From Patescibacteria group bacterium (GTDB lineage: Bacteria > Patescibacteriota > JAQUNI01): 64,000 nt of DNA. Position 1 is the first letter of the stretch. Each line of letters opens with the position of its first letter. Below, piece after piece: positions 20,931 through 30,631 of the stretch. A program made the position numbers and the translations under genes. The notes beneath the pieces are model-generated. The model was not told where the DNA came from and ran no database searches. It saw only the letters and a list, made by a program, of their open reading frames with translations. The stretch lies in assembly GCA_028717685.1 (NCBI GenBank), contig JAQUNI010000003.1, forward strand, positions 64,311-128,310, written 5' to 3'.

Positions 20931-21734
20931 TCAAATAAAGGCATTATCTAAAGCCTGGGGACAAGGACAGGCGCGACGTTTTGGTATTTTTTCAATCATC
21001 TTTAAAATTAATTTTTTTACTTTCTGATTATTCTTTTGAAAAACTCTTAATACCTCCGCCGTAGTTACCGGTTTTATATCTTGATAGCCCTCCAATCCTG
21101 TATCATAATCCGTAATTAAGGCTATATTAACATAGCACATAGCCAGTTCTCGAGCTAAAACTATCTCTGGATAGACAGTCATATTGACCACTTGCCAGCC
21201 TTGGGTTTGAAACCATTTACTTTCTGCCCGCGTAGAGAAACGAGGACCTTGGATGACCACAATTGTCGCTTCCTCGTGATGAGAAATTTTTAATTCGGCG
21301 CAGGTTGTTATGGCTAATTTTCTTAAAACTGGACAATAGGGATCGGCCATTCCGATGTGGGCGACGCGGGGACCATTAAAAAAAGTATCCGCTCGATCTC
21401 GCGTGCGATCCACAAACTGGTCGCAAATAACAAAATCACCGGGTTGAATCTTGGGGGTAAGACTGCCTGAAGCGCAAGGCGCAATAATTTGTTTGACCCC
21501 TATTTTTTTAAATGCCCAAAGATTCGCCTGATAAGGAATTTTATGCGGCGGGAGTTCGTGCTTTTCGCCGTGGCGGGGTAAAAACGCAATACTCTTTCCT
21601 TTATATTTTCCAATCGTAAGAGGACCAGAAGGTTTACCAAAAGGAGTATCTATTTTTATTTTTTTCGCTTGGGAGATTAAAGAATAGAAACCAGAACCGC
21701 CAAAGACGCCAATTTCTGCTTTAAAAAGGGGCAT
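20931..21734 (-). CDS. mtnP: S-methyl-5'-thioadenosine phosphorylase
   Basis: GGSGFY, TPFG.PS, LPRHG, GPRFSTRAES, VNMT, TDYD. Confidence 0.92.
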   Translation of the reverse strand: MPLFKAEIGVFGGSGFYSLISQAKKIKIDTPFGKPSGPLTIGKYKGKSIAFLPRHGEKHELPPHKIPYQANLWAFKKIGVKQIIAPCASGSLTPKIQPGDFVICDQFVDRTRDRADTFFNGPRVAHIGMADPYCPVLRKLAITTCAELKISHHEEATIVVIQGPRFSTRAESKWFQTQGWQVVNMTVYPEIVLARELAMCYVNIALITDYDTGLEGYQDIKPVTTAEVLRVFQKNNQKVKKLILKMIEKIPKRRACPCPQALDNAFI

Positions 21735-21739
21735 AGTAG

Positions 21740-22258
21740 TTAGGTATTTAATTTTAGAAGCACATGTTTTTTATATCCTCTAATTTTTCGCTTGCCATCA
21801 AGATAGATGAGTTCAGCTAAAAGGGCAATGCCTATAATTTTACCTTGCATCTTTTTGACCAGTTTTATTGTCGCCGCGAGCGTGCCGCCAGTGGCAAGGA
21901 CATCATCCACGATCAAAACCCTTTCCCCTTCCTTAATTGTATCGGTATGCATCTCTAGAATATTTTTTCCATATTCTAAATCATAAGTCTGTTGAATGAC
22001 TTGGCGGGGCAGTTTACCCTTTTTGCGCACAATGGAAATACCCGCGTTTAGTTTATAGGCGACTCCGGCGGCGAGCAAAAAGCCACGCGCATCAATCCCC
22101 ACCACTTTTTGAATTTTTTTCTTTCGGAAAGGTTGGACAAGTTTATCGATAGTATAATGATAAGCCCGCGCGTTTTCTAAAAGAGGAGTAATGTCTTTAA
22201 AACTAATCCCCTTTTTAGGAAAGTCAGGAATGGCGCGAATAAATTTTTTTAAATCCAT
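21740..22258 (-). CDS. apt: Adenine phosphoribosyltransferase
   Basis: PDFPKKGISFKDITPLL, RKKGKLP, VDDVLATGGT. Confidence 0.96.
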   Translation of the reverse strand: MDLKKFIRAIPDFPKKGISFKDITPLLENARAYHYTIDKLVQPFRKKKIQKVVGIDARGFLLAAGVAYKLNAGISIVRKKGKLPRQVIQQTYDLEYGKNILEMHTDTIKEGERVLIVDDVLATGGTLAATIKLVKKMQGKIIGIALLAELIYLDGKRKIRGYKKHVLLKLNT

Positions 22259-22300
22259 ATTTATATTGGACTAAACAGAATTAAAATTTTTGCAAAATGG

Positions 22301-23233
22301 TTATTTTTTGGCAATTACCTTTATCATTGGCCAAAATAATCTGCTGTTGTTTGCTATTTTAATGAAAGCATTTTTTAGTAATCTGGAGGAAATAAAATCA
22401 AAAGTTAATTTGACATTAAATTTACCTATAAGAACATCTTTAAACCCTGCTTGCTTGTGCATTTTTTTTAGGGTTGACCCTAAGAAAGAAAGTTCATAAC
22501 CAAAGATCATATATTTTCCTTGTAATACCTTGATATGAATAAATTCCGCTATTTGTTTTAAAATTGGAAAATAAGGAATGTTGCCCCAAATTTGACGATA
22601 TGTTAAGGAACCAAGATTTAAACAGGGAACCGCATTGAAAGAAATACCATCTTTTTTTAAGACACGATATAATTCATTAATACATTGCTGAGTATTTTTG
22701 AAATGTTCAATAACCCCTCCACCGTAGATCAAATCAACGCGATTTGTTTTAATCGGCAGGTGAGCAACATCTCCTTGAATAAATAAGTAATTTTTAATGC
22801 CGTGAGCTTGTAGAATTTTTTTAGCAACTTTAAGCGCGCTAAGGCTAAAATCTAGACCAATAACCAAATTTACCTTTTTGGCTAATACTTCCCCTGTATA
22901 GAAATAACCACTGCCGATTTCTAGAAATGTTAGATCCTTATTAATCTTTTTAACCTCAGTTATTTGGGGATATGTATTAGGCAAATTTTGTTTTTTAAAT
23001 GTTCTATAAAGTTTCAGATAAGTTTTATTTTTAAAATTATTTTGATATGATTTTTCCCACTTAGATCGGGATAATTCCGCATCGGGAGGGAGGGGGGGCA
23101 TAATACAGAAGATGTCATTATCAATTATTTTATACTTTCTGCCACAACTCTTACAAATCAGAAATTCTTTTTTTCTCTCTAAATCAGATTTACATTTATA
23201 ACAACAAATATAATCTAATGGTTGGGTAGGCAT
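22301..23233 (-). CDS. Methyltransferase with N-terminal Trm112-like zinc ribbon
   Basis: CYKC...CKSC, LEIGSG, GVIEHF, RVLKKDG. Confidence 0.82.
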   Translation of the reverse strand: MPTQPLDYICCYKCKSDLERKKEFLICKSCGRKYKIIDNDIFCIMPPLPPDAELSRSKWEKSYQNNFKNKTYLKLYRTFKKQNLPNTYPQITEVKKINKDLTFLEIGSGYFYTGEVLAKKVNLVIGLDFSLSALKVAKKILQAHGIKNYLFIQGDVAHLPIKTNRVDLIYGGGVIEHFKNTQQCINELYRVLKKDGISFNAVPCLNLGSLTYRQIWGNIPYFPILKQIAEFIHIKVLQGKYMIFGYELSFLGSTLKKMHKQAGFKDVLIGKFNVKLTFDFISSRLLKNAFIKIANNSRLFWPMIKVIAKK

Positions 23234-23257
23234 AAGGTTTAGATGAGAACTTTAGTA

Positions 23258-23371
23258 AACCCCGTTAGAGAATTTCGTTCTCTAACCCCGTCTAGAAATT
23301 TATTTCTAACGGGGTCAGCATCCATATTTTTCCTACCACCGATTTCGTCAGCGGCTTTCTCTAACGGGGTA
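23258..23371. repeat. Cluster of ACCCCGTTAGA / TCTAACGGGGT palindromic repeats
   Basis: Nested inverted copies; related copies at about 24454-24483, 41394-41410, 41470-41481 and 58493-58531. Confidence 0.85.
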
Positions 23372-23423
23372 AATTATTTCTTTAGTATTTTTTGATTACT
23401 TCTACTTTATCCAGCTTTTCCAT

Positions 23424-24437
23424 TTATATCTGCCAACTCTTCCTTGATTGAATTTTGGTTTTAAAAATTATAGATTTGATCTTAATCCCGCCATAAATAA
23501 AGCAGGATAAAAAACAGGCTAGAGGATGAAAAAACCAAGCAGAGTCTTGTTTTTTCCAATACCCTTTTAAGCTTTGAAAAAGGGTGGGAAAGAAAGTCAG
23601 AGAATAAAGGACAAATTTAACTAATTTCCCTCGTGGAAAATTTTTCCACTGATAAGTTCTTAAGCCCTTTGTTTGATAGTAAAGATAATCCTTGATTCTT
23701 CTTTTTTGTTTTTGGATAAAACTTCCTATGTTACCGGCAAATATATGGATAATGCCTATTTTAACTTTAGCATAAGTGGAATATCCTTTTTGAGTGAGGC
23801 ACCAAATTATATCAATATCAAAAAAGTAGTCTTTAAATGGAACTTTTTCTAAATACTTTTTCCTAATTAAGAACCCATTAGCTCCTATAGTAGGAATTTG
23901 GGGTGGTATTAGTTTAAATTTTAGGTAATTTCCCCTGTCTTCACTTACAACAGGAAAACCGGTCCATTTTTCAGAAAGGAGGTTTTCGCGGTCATAATTG
24001 CCTAAAAAATAACAAAGGGGGTCATTCATTCCCATTAAAGCGGAATATCGGGTTATCATACCATCTTTTTTGCGATATGTGTAGCGGATAGGCTCCGTCC
24101 CTATTATTTCCGGATCAGAAAAAGGGGCAACCATTCTTTTTAGCCAATCACAAGAAGGTAAAATATTGTCGGAGTCAATTAAAGCAATAATATTATTTTG
24201 CGCTTGTTTTACTCCTATGGCTTTTCCGGCCTCCCCGGTTTTTAGAGGATTTTTGAGAATTTTATTAGTGTATTGATAGGCAATTTTTAAGGTATTATCT
24301 TGGGAACCAGCATCAATAATAATAATTTCTATCCGATCTCGGGGATAATCTTGCCTAATTATTGAGTGCAAGCATTGAGAGAGAGTTTTTGTGGAATTAT
24401 AAGTAGGAATAATAACAGAGATAGAAGGAAGATTCAT
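23424..24437 (-). CDS. GT2 glycosyltransferase
   Basis: SVIIPTYNS, IDAGSQDNT, IDSDN. Confidence 0.88.
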   Translation of the reverse strand: MNLPSISVIIPTYNSTKTLSQCLHSIIRQDYPRDRIEIIIIDAGSQDNTLKIAYQYTNKILKNPLKTGEAGKAIGVKQAQNNIIALIDSDNILPSCDWLKRMVAPFSDPEIIGTEPIRYTYRKKDGMITRYSALMGMNDPLCYFLGNYDRENLLSEKWTGFPVVSEDRGNYLKFKLIPPQIPTIGANGFLIRKKYLEKVPFKDYFFDIDIIWCLTQKGYSTYAKVKIGIIHIFAGNIGSFIQKQKRRIKDYLYYQTKGLRTYQWKNFPRGKLVKFVLYSLTFFPTLFQSLKGYWKKQDSAWFFHPLACFLSCFIYGGIKIKSIIFKTKIQSRKSWQI

Positions 24438-24483
24438 AACTTTTTTATTTTTGCCCCGTTTAGAAATAAATTTTTAACGGGGT

Positions 24484-24906
24484 TTATTCTCCTTCACTAA
24501 ATACTCTAAATTTTTTATATATGCGGTAAATTAAGAAGTAAGAAAAAGTTTTGAGTTCATTGCCAATATCATCAAGAATAAGATGCAGGGTGAACGCGCA
24601 GGCAAGAGCGACTAAAATGGCTCGCTCATGGAATTGCCAGGTGATGAGCCAAAGCAGAATGACAATTTCGTACGAATGTAATGGCACCAGGACTTTTGAA
24701 TTTCGGCGCATATAGTTTTCCGGATGCAAAAATTCTTTGATGTTGCAAGGATTGCGGGGTCTGCTTTTCCAGAAGTCCAAAAGATGATCAAGGTCAAGAA
24801 TAACGCCAGTGAAAAGAAGTGCAATCGCGCCAGTTAAAGAGCGGGTAAAATAGTAGAAGGTGAAGGCTAGGAGGGTTGAGGAAAGAACATGTATTTTTAT
24901 TCGCAT
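24484..24906 (-). CDS. Membrane metal-dependent hydrolase-like (YdjM-like)
   Basis: H...DLDH...LHS...HLILD motif set in TM context. Confidence 0.55.
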   Translation of the reverse strand: MRIKIHVLSSTLLAFTFYYFTRSLTGAIALLFTGVILDLDHLLDFWKSRPRNPCNIKEFLHPENYMRRNSKVLVPLHSYEIVILLWLITWQFHERAILVALACAFTLHLILDDIGNELKTFSYFLIYRIYKKFRVFSEGE

Positions 24907-24911
24907 ATTTT

Positions 24912-26390
24912 TTAATAATTTTGTTCAAAGTCGGCAAGATGGGAGAACACAGCTTTAGCCCCGCGGGCAAGATATTTCAAATCATTGAGGTCGCGCAGCG
25001 AGACAATCTGGCGCAGGATAAATTCAGGATGGAAAGCGACTTTATAGGTGTCCTGGACAAATTTTTGCAATTGCGCGGAGGAAAAAGAGGTTTGCATTAT
25101 TGCCTCGCGCATATCATAACGGTTCCAGTCTTCAGAAGTGAGCCATTTTTTTTGCTGGCATTCACGAAACAAAGGGGTACCCGGGTAAGGGATGACAATA
25201 GTGGCTTGGAGTGTTTTAGCATAGCCTTTGCGCAGGAGATATTTTCCCAAGCGCACAGTTTGCCGCGCTTCTTCTTCGGTCTCCCACGGATAACCAAACA
25301 TAATTGTTACATGGGGAGACAATCCTGTTTTACGCGCCAGCTTGCAGGATGAGATGATCTTCTCTACCGTCATATTTTTACTTATCTTGTTTAACGTTTT
25401 CTCGCTGGCTGATTCTAAACCAAAAAGCAAAAAGCGGAAATTTGCCTTACGCATTAACCCATATTCTTTTTTGTTAAGGGCCCCGAAGCGCATATTGCAA
25501 TCCAAAATCACTTTTTTATTATAGCCGCGTTCAATCATCCCGCGGCAGAATTCTTGCAGCCATTCCCCTATCGGGAAAGTGCCTGTATCATCCATTATTT
25601 CCTTAATTTGATATTTTTTAATTAATTCTCCAATTTCATCCAAGACATTCTCTGGGGTGCGGGTGTGGTATTTTGGATAAAGCGTGGTCCAAGAACAAAA
25701 AGTGCACTCGTGATGCCAACAATCGCGGCCAGCCATAATATAAGTTCCTGGTGTGCGGGAGAAATTGCCTACATCGTAGGCATAATTTTGCCATTCTGTT
25801 AGTTCGCGGTCAATGAAGGGCAGGGTATTGAGATTATGGTTGAGCGCAAATTTTCCCGTATTTTTAATCTCTTCATTATCGCGGTAATAAATTCCTGGCT
25901 CTAGATTTTGGGGGACAGGTTCTAGATTGGGTTTTAGATTTTGAAGGAAGTTTAAAAGCAGAAAATCGTAATCGCCGCCAGTTAAAACAAAGTCCACTTT
26001 GGAGTTCTGGAATGATTCTTCAGGCAACGCCGTGACATGGTCGCCGACAAGAATCGTTTTTAATGCAGGGATTTCTTTTTTTAACGCATTGGTGATTTTC
26101 CAGTGCCTTTTTACGGTTGGAGTTTTCGTTTCCATTACCACAATGTTTGGTTGAATTTTTTTCACAAATTCCAACCATTCCGCGTATCTCATTTCTTCGG
26201 CAATGCCGTCTTTCCAAATCACCTTAAAACCATTTTTTTGAAGTAAAGTGGCAGCTTGCGCCGGCACCACTGGATAAATGGGGCAATGGCGGCGAAACCA
26301 TTGGAATTGGCGGTTCTGGGATAATAGAGGATAACCTTTTTTAGATGGCAGAGGTGGATAAGTAATTAAAGTTTTCAAGTGTTCTGACAT
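24912..26390 (-). CDS. B12-binding radical SAM enzyme (HpnJ-like)
   Basis: TKTPT, GDHVTALPEES, GRDCWHHECTFC, GLES, PYPGTPLF. Confidence 0.85.
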   Translation of the reverse strand: MSEHLKTLITYPPLPSKKGYPLLSQNRQFQWFRRHCPIYPVVPAQAATLLQKNGFKVIWKDGIAEEMRYAEWLEFVKKIQPNIVVMETKTPTVKRHWKITNALKKEIPALKTILVGDHVTALPEESFQNSKVDFVLTGGDYDFLLLNFLQNLKPNLEPVPQNLEPGIYYRDNEEIKNTGKFALNHNLNTLPFIDRELTEWQNYAYDVGNFSRTPGTYIMAGRDCWHHECTFCSWTTLYPKYHTRTPENVLDEIGELIKKYQIKEIMDDTGTFPIGEWLQEFCRGMIERGYNKKVILDCNMRFGALNKKEYGLMRKANFRFLLFGLESASEKTLNKISKNMTVEKIISSCKLARKTGLSPHVTIMFGYPWETEEEARQTVRLGKYLLRKGYAKTLQATIVIPYPGTPLFRECQQKKWLTSEDWNRYDMREAIMQTSFSSAQLQKFVQDTYKVAFHPEFILRQIVSLRDLNDLKYLARGAKAVFSHLADFEQNY

Positions 26391-26393
26391 TTT

Positions 26394-27386
26394 TTACATT
26401 CTTAATTTGCTTTTTAGGGTTTTTGTAAATAACAGACCTTGGAGGAATTTTACGCCGTAGACTAAATGGGTTAAGAATATATAAGGAATGACCAATAAGC
26501 CGACTAAAGGATTTTTTTCTCGGAAAGCAGACTCAATCGCCGCCCAGAGCATTATGCCAAGATATAGCAGTAAGATGATAATATCACCATATAGGAAATG
26601 AATATAACCATCCTTTTTTGCTAAGTAGCCTATTAGCGGGTTCGCGACTAATAATAGCACAAAAAGACTGGGAATAAAGTAAGCAAATTTCAAGGAGGTT
26701 GCGGGGAATTTTTTGGCAAAGAAACCGCGATGCAAGCCATAACCCGCAATTTGTCGCAGGTGGCTTAAGAGAGTTTTGCGGCGATGATGGTAAACAATGA
26801 GCTTAGGGTCATAAATTATATTACCGCCTGTCTGAGTTAGATCCAGACAGAATTTTGTGTCTTCTCCGGGCCAATATTGGGAGTTAAAACCCCCTATTTT
26901 TTGGAATATGTGTTTGCGCACTAAAAAATTTACCGAAGGCCAGTCGGTCACGGTTTTCCTTTTTTTACCTGGAATATAACGGTCCGCAATTCCTCCCCAG
27001 AAAGAGGAGGCAAGACATGCGCCGGAGGTTTTTTGGTGCAAGGAATCGTCTTGGGGGGTAATGGCAGGACCGCCTAGGGCGGCAATCCTGGGGTCTTGAA
27101 AATTTTTTTCCGCTTGCGACAGCCAGTCATTTTGTGGATAAGCGTCATCATCCAGAAAAGCGAGAATCTCTCCTTCCGCGTATTGAAGCGCTAGCGTTCT
27201 TTTCTCTGCGGGACCGATTTTCCCTGTGGGGATAATTTTCGTTTTGGGGAATGCTTCTTCTGACTTTGTGTCAGGAAAAATTAGAATTTCAAAATTTTGA
27301 TGGGTAAGGTTTAAAAGGTGGCGAACTGTTTCGTGGATATAATCATTGATTCTGACTACTGGGATGATGATAGAAAATTGAGGCAT
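26394..27386 (-). CDS. GT2 glycosyltransferase with C-terminal TMs
   Basis: GPAEKR, AFLDDD, GGF...PGED, VYHHRR. Confidence 0.88.
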   Translation of the reverse strand: MPQFSIIIPVVRINDYIHETVRHLLNLTHQNFEILIFPDTKSEEAFPKTKIIPTGKIGPAEKRTLALQYAEGEILAFLDDDAYPQNDWLSQAEKNFQDPRIAALGGPAITPQDDSLHQKTSGACLASSFWGGIADRYIPGKKRKTVTDWPSVNFLVRKHIFQKIGGFNSQYWPGEDTKFCLDLTQTGGNIIYDPKLIVYHHRRKTLLSHLRQIAGYGLHRGFFAKKFPATSLKFAYFIPSLFVLLLVANPLIGYLAKKDGYIHFLYGDIIILLLYLGIMLWAAIESAFREKNPLVGLLVIPYIFLTHLVYGVKFLQGLLFTKTLKSKLRM

Positions 27387-27478
27387 CCTTGAAAGTATAA
27401 AATTAAAAATGAAAAATGTAAAATGACAGATCAAAATTTAAAATTTTACATACTAATTTTGCATTTCCATTTTACTTT

Positions 27479-28432
27479 TTAATCGCGTTTAGTTTTTAGC
27501 TTTTCAAAATATATAATCGTTTTTTTTAAGCCATCTTCTAAATTTACCTTTGGCGTCCATCCTAATTTTGTGCGCGCTAGAGTGATATCTGGCTTTCTTT
27601 TTACGGGGTCGTCTTCGGGGAGAGGATAGAATTTGATTTTAGAGTGAGAGCCGGTGAGTTCTATCACTTTTCTGGCTAAATCATCAATTTTGGTTTCCAG
27701 GGGATTTCCCAGATTAAAAGGTCCAATTTCTTTACTCTTCATCATCTTGATTAAACCAATGACTATATCATCAACATAGCTGAAAGAGCGGGTTTGCTTC
27801 CCTTTGCCATAAACGGTAATAGGTTTATTATCTAGAGCCTGGTTGATAAAGTTAGGAATCACGCGGCCATCATTATCGCGCATACCCGGACCGTAAGTGT
27901 TAAAAATTCGGACAATTTTCGCGTTGAGTCTGTATTTTCGGACATAACTCATAATCAGACTTTCGGCAAAACGTTTACCCTCATCATAACAAGAGCGGGG
28001 ACCTAAGGTATTAACATAGCCGCGGTAGCTTTCTTTCTGGGGATGTACTTGAGGATCACCATAAACTTCAGAGGTGGAGGCTTGTAAAAAGATGGCTTGA
28101 TGTTCCATTGCTAAATCTAAAAGACGGTTCACTCCCTCGGAGCAGGCTTTTAAAATCTTAGTAGGATAACGCGGAAAATCCACGGGAGAAGCGGGACAGG
28201 CTAGGTTATAAATTTCGTCAATTTTATCCGGCAAAGGAGGGATGTTCTCCGTAATATCGTGATCCATAAAGACAAAGTTAGGGTCAGAAAACCACTCCTT
28301 GATATTGTCGTAAGATCCGGTAATAAGGTTATCAATGCACAGGATTTTATTCTTTTCCTGAAGCAGATAGCGAATCAGATTAGAGCCGATAAATCCCGCC
28401 CCGCCGGTGACTAAGATAGTTTTTTTGTCCAT
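27479..28432 (-). CDS. UDP-glucuronate decarboxylase (UDP-xylose synthase)
   Basis: LACPASP, STSEVYGDP, GPRSCYDEGKR, RIFNTYGP, DDP..RKPDI. Confidence 0.93.
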   Translation of the reverse strand: MDKKTILVTGGAGFIGSNLIRYLLQEKNKILCIDNLITGSYDNIKEWFSDPNFVFMDHDITENIPPLPDKIDEIYNLACPASPVDFPRYPTKILKACSEGVNRLLDLAMEHQAIFLQASTSEVYGDPQVHPQKESYRGYVNTLGPRSCYDEGKRFAESLIMSYVRKYRLNAKIVRIFNTYGPGMRDNDGRVIPNFINQALDNKPITVYGKGKQTRSFSYVDDIVIGLIKMMKSKEIGPFNLGNPLETKIDDLARKVIELTGSHSKIKFYPLPEDDPVKRKPDITLARTKLGWTPKVNLEDGLKKTIIYFEKLKTKRD

Positions 28433-28451
28433 ATAATTTACCTTTTTAATG

Positions 28452-28524
28452 CTTCGGCCTTGCTCAGTACCTCTTCGAGCTTGAAGGCTCTTCAGAGCCT
28501 GAACGGCCTGAATTTTGCCGAAGG
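28452..28524. repeat. Palindromic CTTCG...CTCAG / CTGA...CGAAG REP-like element
   Basis: cttcggc pairs with gccgaag; inner aggctc-ttca-gagcct hairpin. Confidence 0.6.
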
Positions 28525-28562
28525 ATTAATCTTAAAATTTTAGCTTAATATAGTGATTAATG

Positions 28563-29324
28563 TCAATTTTTTTGATATTTTTTTGATATATTTTTCCGTT
28601 TTTCCGATAGTTGATCATAATACCGCAATATTTTTAAACGATAGAAAACAGCCATAGTGTCCCAAAATGATTTATTGATTGCTGATAGACAAATAGAGCT
28701 GTGGTTGAAATCCATTTCAAGATTGACTGGAATTTCCATAATTTTGTAACCATAATGGTGAGCCAAGACGAGCAGTTCAATGTCAAAAGCATATTGCTTC
28801 ACGAGGACCTTGGGGAAGATTTCGGCAAGCACTTCGCGTTTAAATAATTTTAAGCCCACTTGGCTGTCTTTGATATCCATTTGAAAGAGGGTTTTAACCA
28901 TAAGCTGCGCCGCGCGGCTCAAGACTTGACGCTTTAGGGGGTAAATCACTCGCGACTGCGGATGTCTCTTTGAGCCGATAATCACGGGTACTTTGAATTT
29001 CTGATAGCAATTGATAATCTGAATGATGTGCGCGGGGTCAAATTCCAGACCAGCATCAAAGAAGATAATTAAATCGCCGCTTGTATGATTGAAGCCATAT
29101 TTTAGGGCATAACCCTTTCCCCTATTTTGAGGATAGCCTAGAATGATGATAGAGTGAGAGTTGTAAGCAGAGGCAATCTCGTAGGTCTTATCTTGTTTGC
29201 CATCGCAAATTACAATAATTTCCGTGAGGTACGGGAGCGATTGAATGGTATTCTGGACCGCCTCAATTGTTTGGCTAATTTTGTCTTGCTCGTGATAAGC
29301 AGGAATCAGAATGGAAATTTTCAT
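28563..29324 (-). CDS. GT2 (polyprenol-phosphate glycosyltransferase-like)
   Basis: NRGKGYA, GSKRHP.S, DSQVGLKLF, AFDIELL. Confidence 0.85.
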   Translation of the reverse strand: MKISILIPAYHEQDKISQTIEAVQNTIQSLPYLTEIIVICDGKQDKTYEIASAYNSHSIIILGYPQNRGKGYALKYGFNHTSGDLIIFFDAGLEFDPAHIIQIINCYQKFKVPVIIGSKRHPQSRVIYPLKRQVLSRAAQLMVKTLFQMDIKDSQVGLKLFKREVLAEIFPKVLVKQYAFDIELLVLAHHYGYKIMEIPVNLEMDFNHSSICLSAINKSFWDTMAVFYRLKILRYYDQLSEKRKNISKKYQKN

Positions 29325-29329
29325 TATGA

Positions 29330-30631
29330 TTACAGAAGATTTGAAGTATTTTTTGATTTATTTAAGGCAAGATTTCCCCTTCTTTCCCAGAAATAGAAAA
29401 TCATCAGTCCTCCGAATAATCCAGCGAGGGAGATCAGGAGATTAAAAACAATTTGTCTGATTGAGCCGTGACGCATTAAAATAAGCAGGATTTCCAAGAT
29501 GCTGGTTGCGATTAAGATATAAATGAATTTAAATTTGTGAACGGAAAGATAATAATTAATTAAGATATTATCCAGCGAGAGGAAAAACATAGTGATAGCG
29601 CTAAAGCCCACTAAAGGGGAAATAACAAGGTAAGAAGAGCCAAAAAGCATCTTAATAATTAGTTGGGGAAAAAGGAAATATGCTATTACCCCTAAGCCTG
29701 AAACAAAGCCGACTATTTTCAGGGACTGTTTTAAAAGATGTTGGTGATCCTTGCCCTTTTTATGCCTTTCCGCCACCATTGGAAACATCACCGCCGCAAT
29801 GGCGCCCGTGGCAAAGAAGATAATTTGGCTTAATTTAGAAAGAGCTGAATAAAGCCCTGCTTCGTGAGCGGAAAAGAAGTGCTTCACCATAATAACGTCA
29901 ATGTTGTAAAGCGCCGTGAGACAGAAGAGGGTAATCAATGCGGGTAAGGCAAAGGATATAATTTTATAATCCTTAATTTTATTTCGCGGAGTGTAAAGAA
30001 AAATGAATCTAAGGGGCAGGAAACTCACTATAAAAGCAATTAAACTCGCGACAACCATTGCGCCCAGCGCGCCATATACTTTTAGGCTCGTCAGAACCAA
30101 AGCCGCGCCCAGAGAGGTTTTAATTAACGCCTCTGTCAACAAATTCCAGGCGAGGGATTTGAAAAGTTGCAAACCCTGAAGGATGCCGCGAGTCGCTGGC
30201 ACTACAAAAGCCAGAAGCAAGATAAAATTCAGAGTCAGAATTAATTTTAAAGAAGGTATTTGCAAGAAATGAGCAAGCCATGGTGCCATAATGCAGAGAG
30301 CCAAGAACACGCCTAAACCCACCAGGATTAAATTTTTTACAAGATATCGCAGTAAAAAATGGAGTTCTCCATAGTTTTTGTTGACTTTCAGATTGCTCGC
30401 GAGTTTAACAATGACCATACTAACGGTGGACATCGGGATGGATAAAATTATACTCACGGAGATTAAGGAGGCTAAAACGCCATAGTCCGCCGGTCCCAAG
30501 GCTCTTCCTGCCACTAGATGAAAAATATAATTCCCCACGCTGGCTGACATTGAGCCAAGGAACAGAATATAACTATTCTTAATTAGCTTATTTTTTTTCA
30601 GTTTCAGGTTAATGGTTTGGAAAATATTCAT
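29330..30631 (-). CDS. wzx: Oligosaccharide flippase
   Basis: About 12 TM, RALGPADYG, D...VKHFF...AGLYSA. Confidence 0.85.
   Translation of the reverse strand: MNIFQTINLKLKKNKLIKNSYILFLGSMSASVGNYIFHLVAGRALGPADYGVLASLISVSIILSIPMSTVSMVIVKLASNLKVNKNYGELHFLLRYLVKNLILVGLGVFLALCIMAPWLAHFLQIPSLKLILTLNFILLLAFVVPATRGILQGLQLFKSLAWNLLTEALIKTSLGAALVLTSLKVYGALGAMVVASLIAFIVSFLPLRFIFLYTPRNKIKDYKIISFALPALITLFCLTALYNIDVIMVKHFFSAHEAGLYSALSKLSQIIFFATGAIAAVMFPMVAERHKKGKDHQHLLKQSLKIVGFVSGLGVIAYFLFPQLIIKMLFGSSYLVISPLVGFSAITMFFLSLDNILINYYLSVHKFKFIYILIATSILEILLILMRHGSIRQIVFNLLISLAGLFGGLMIFYFWERRGNLALNKSKNTSNLL

Noticed and set aside
20884-20931. Cobalamin riboswitch before the B12 uptake genes
   Set aside because: Gap is under 50 nt and has no B12-box or conserved stems
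23258-23371. CRISPR array
   Set aside because: Copies are inverted and irregularly spaced, with no spacer pattern and no cas genes
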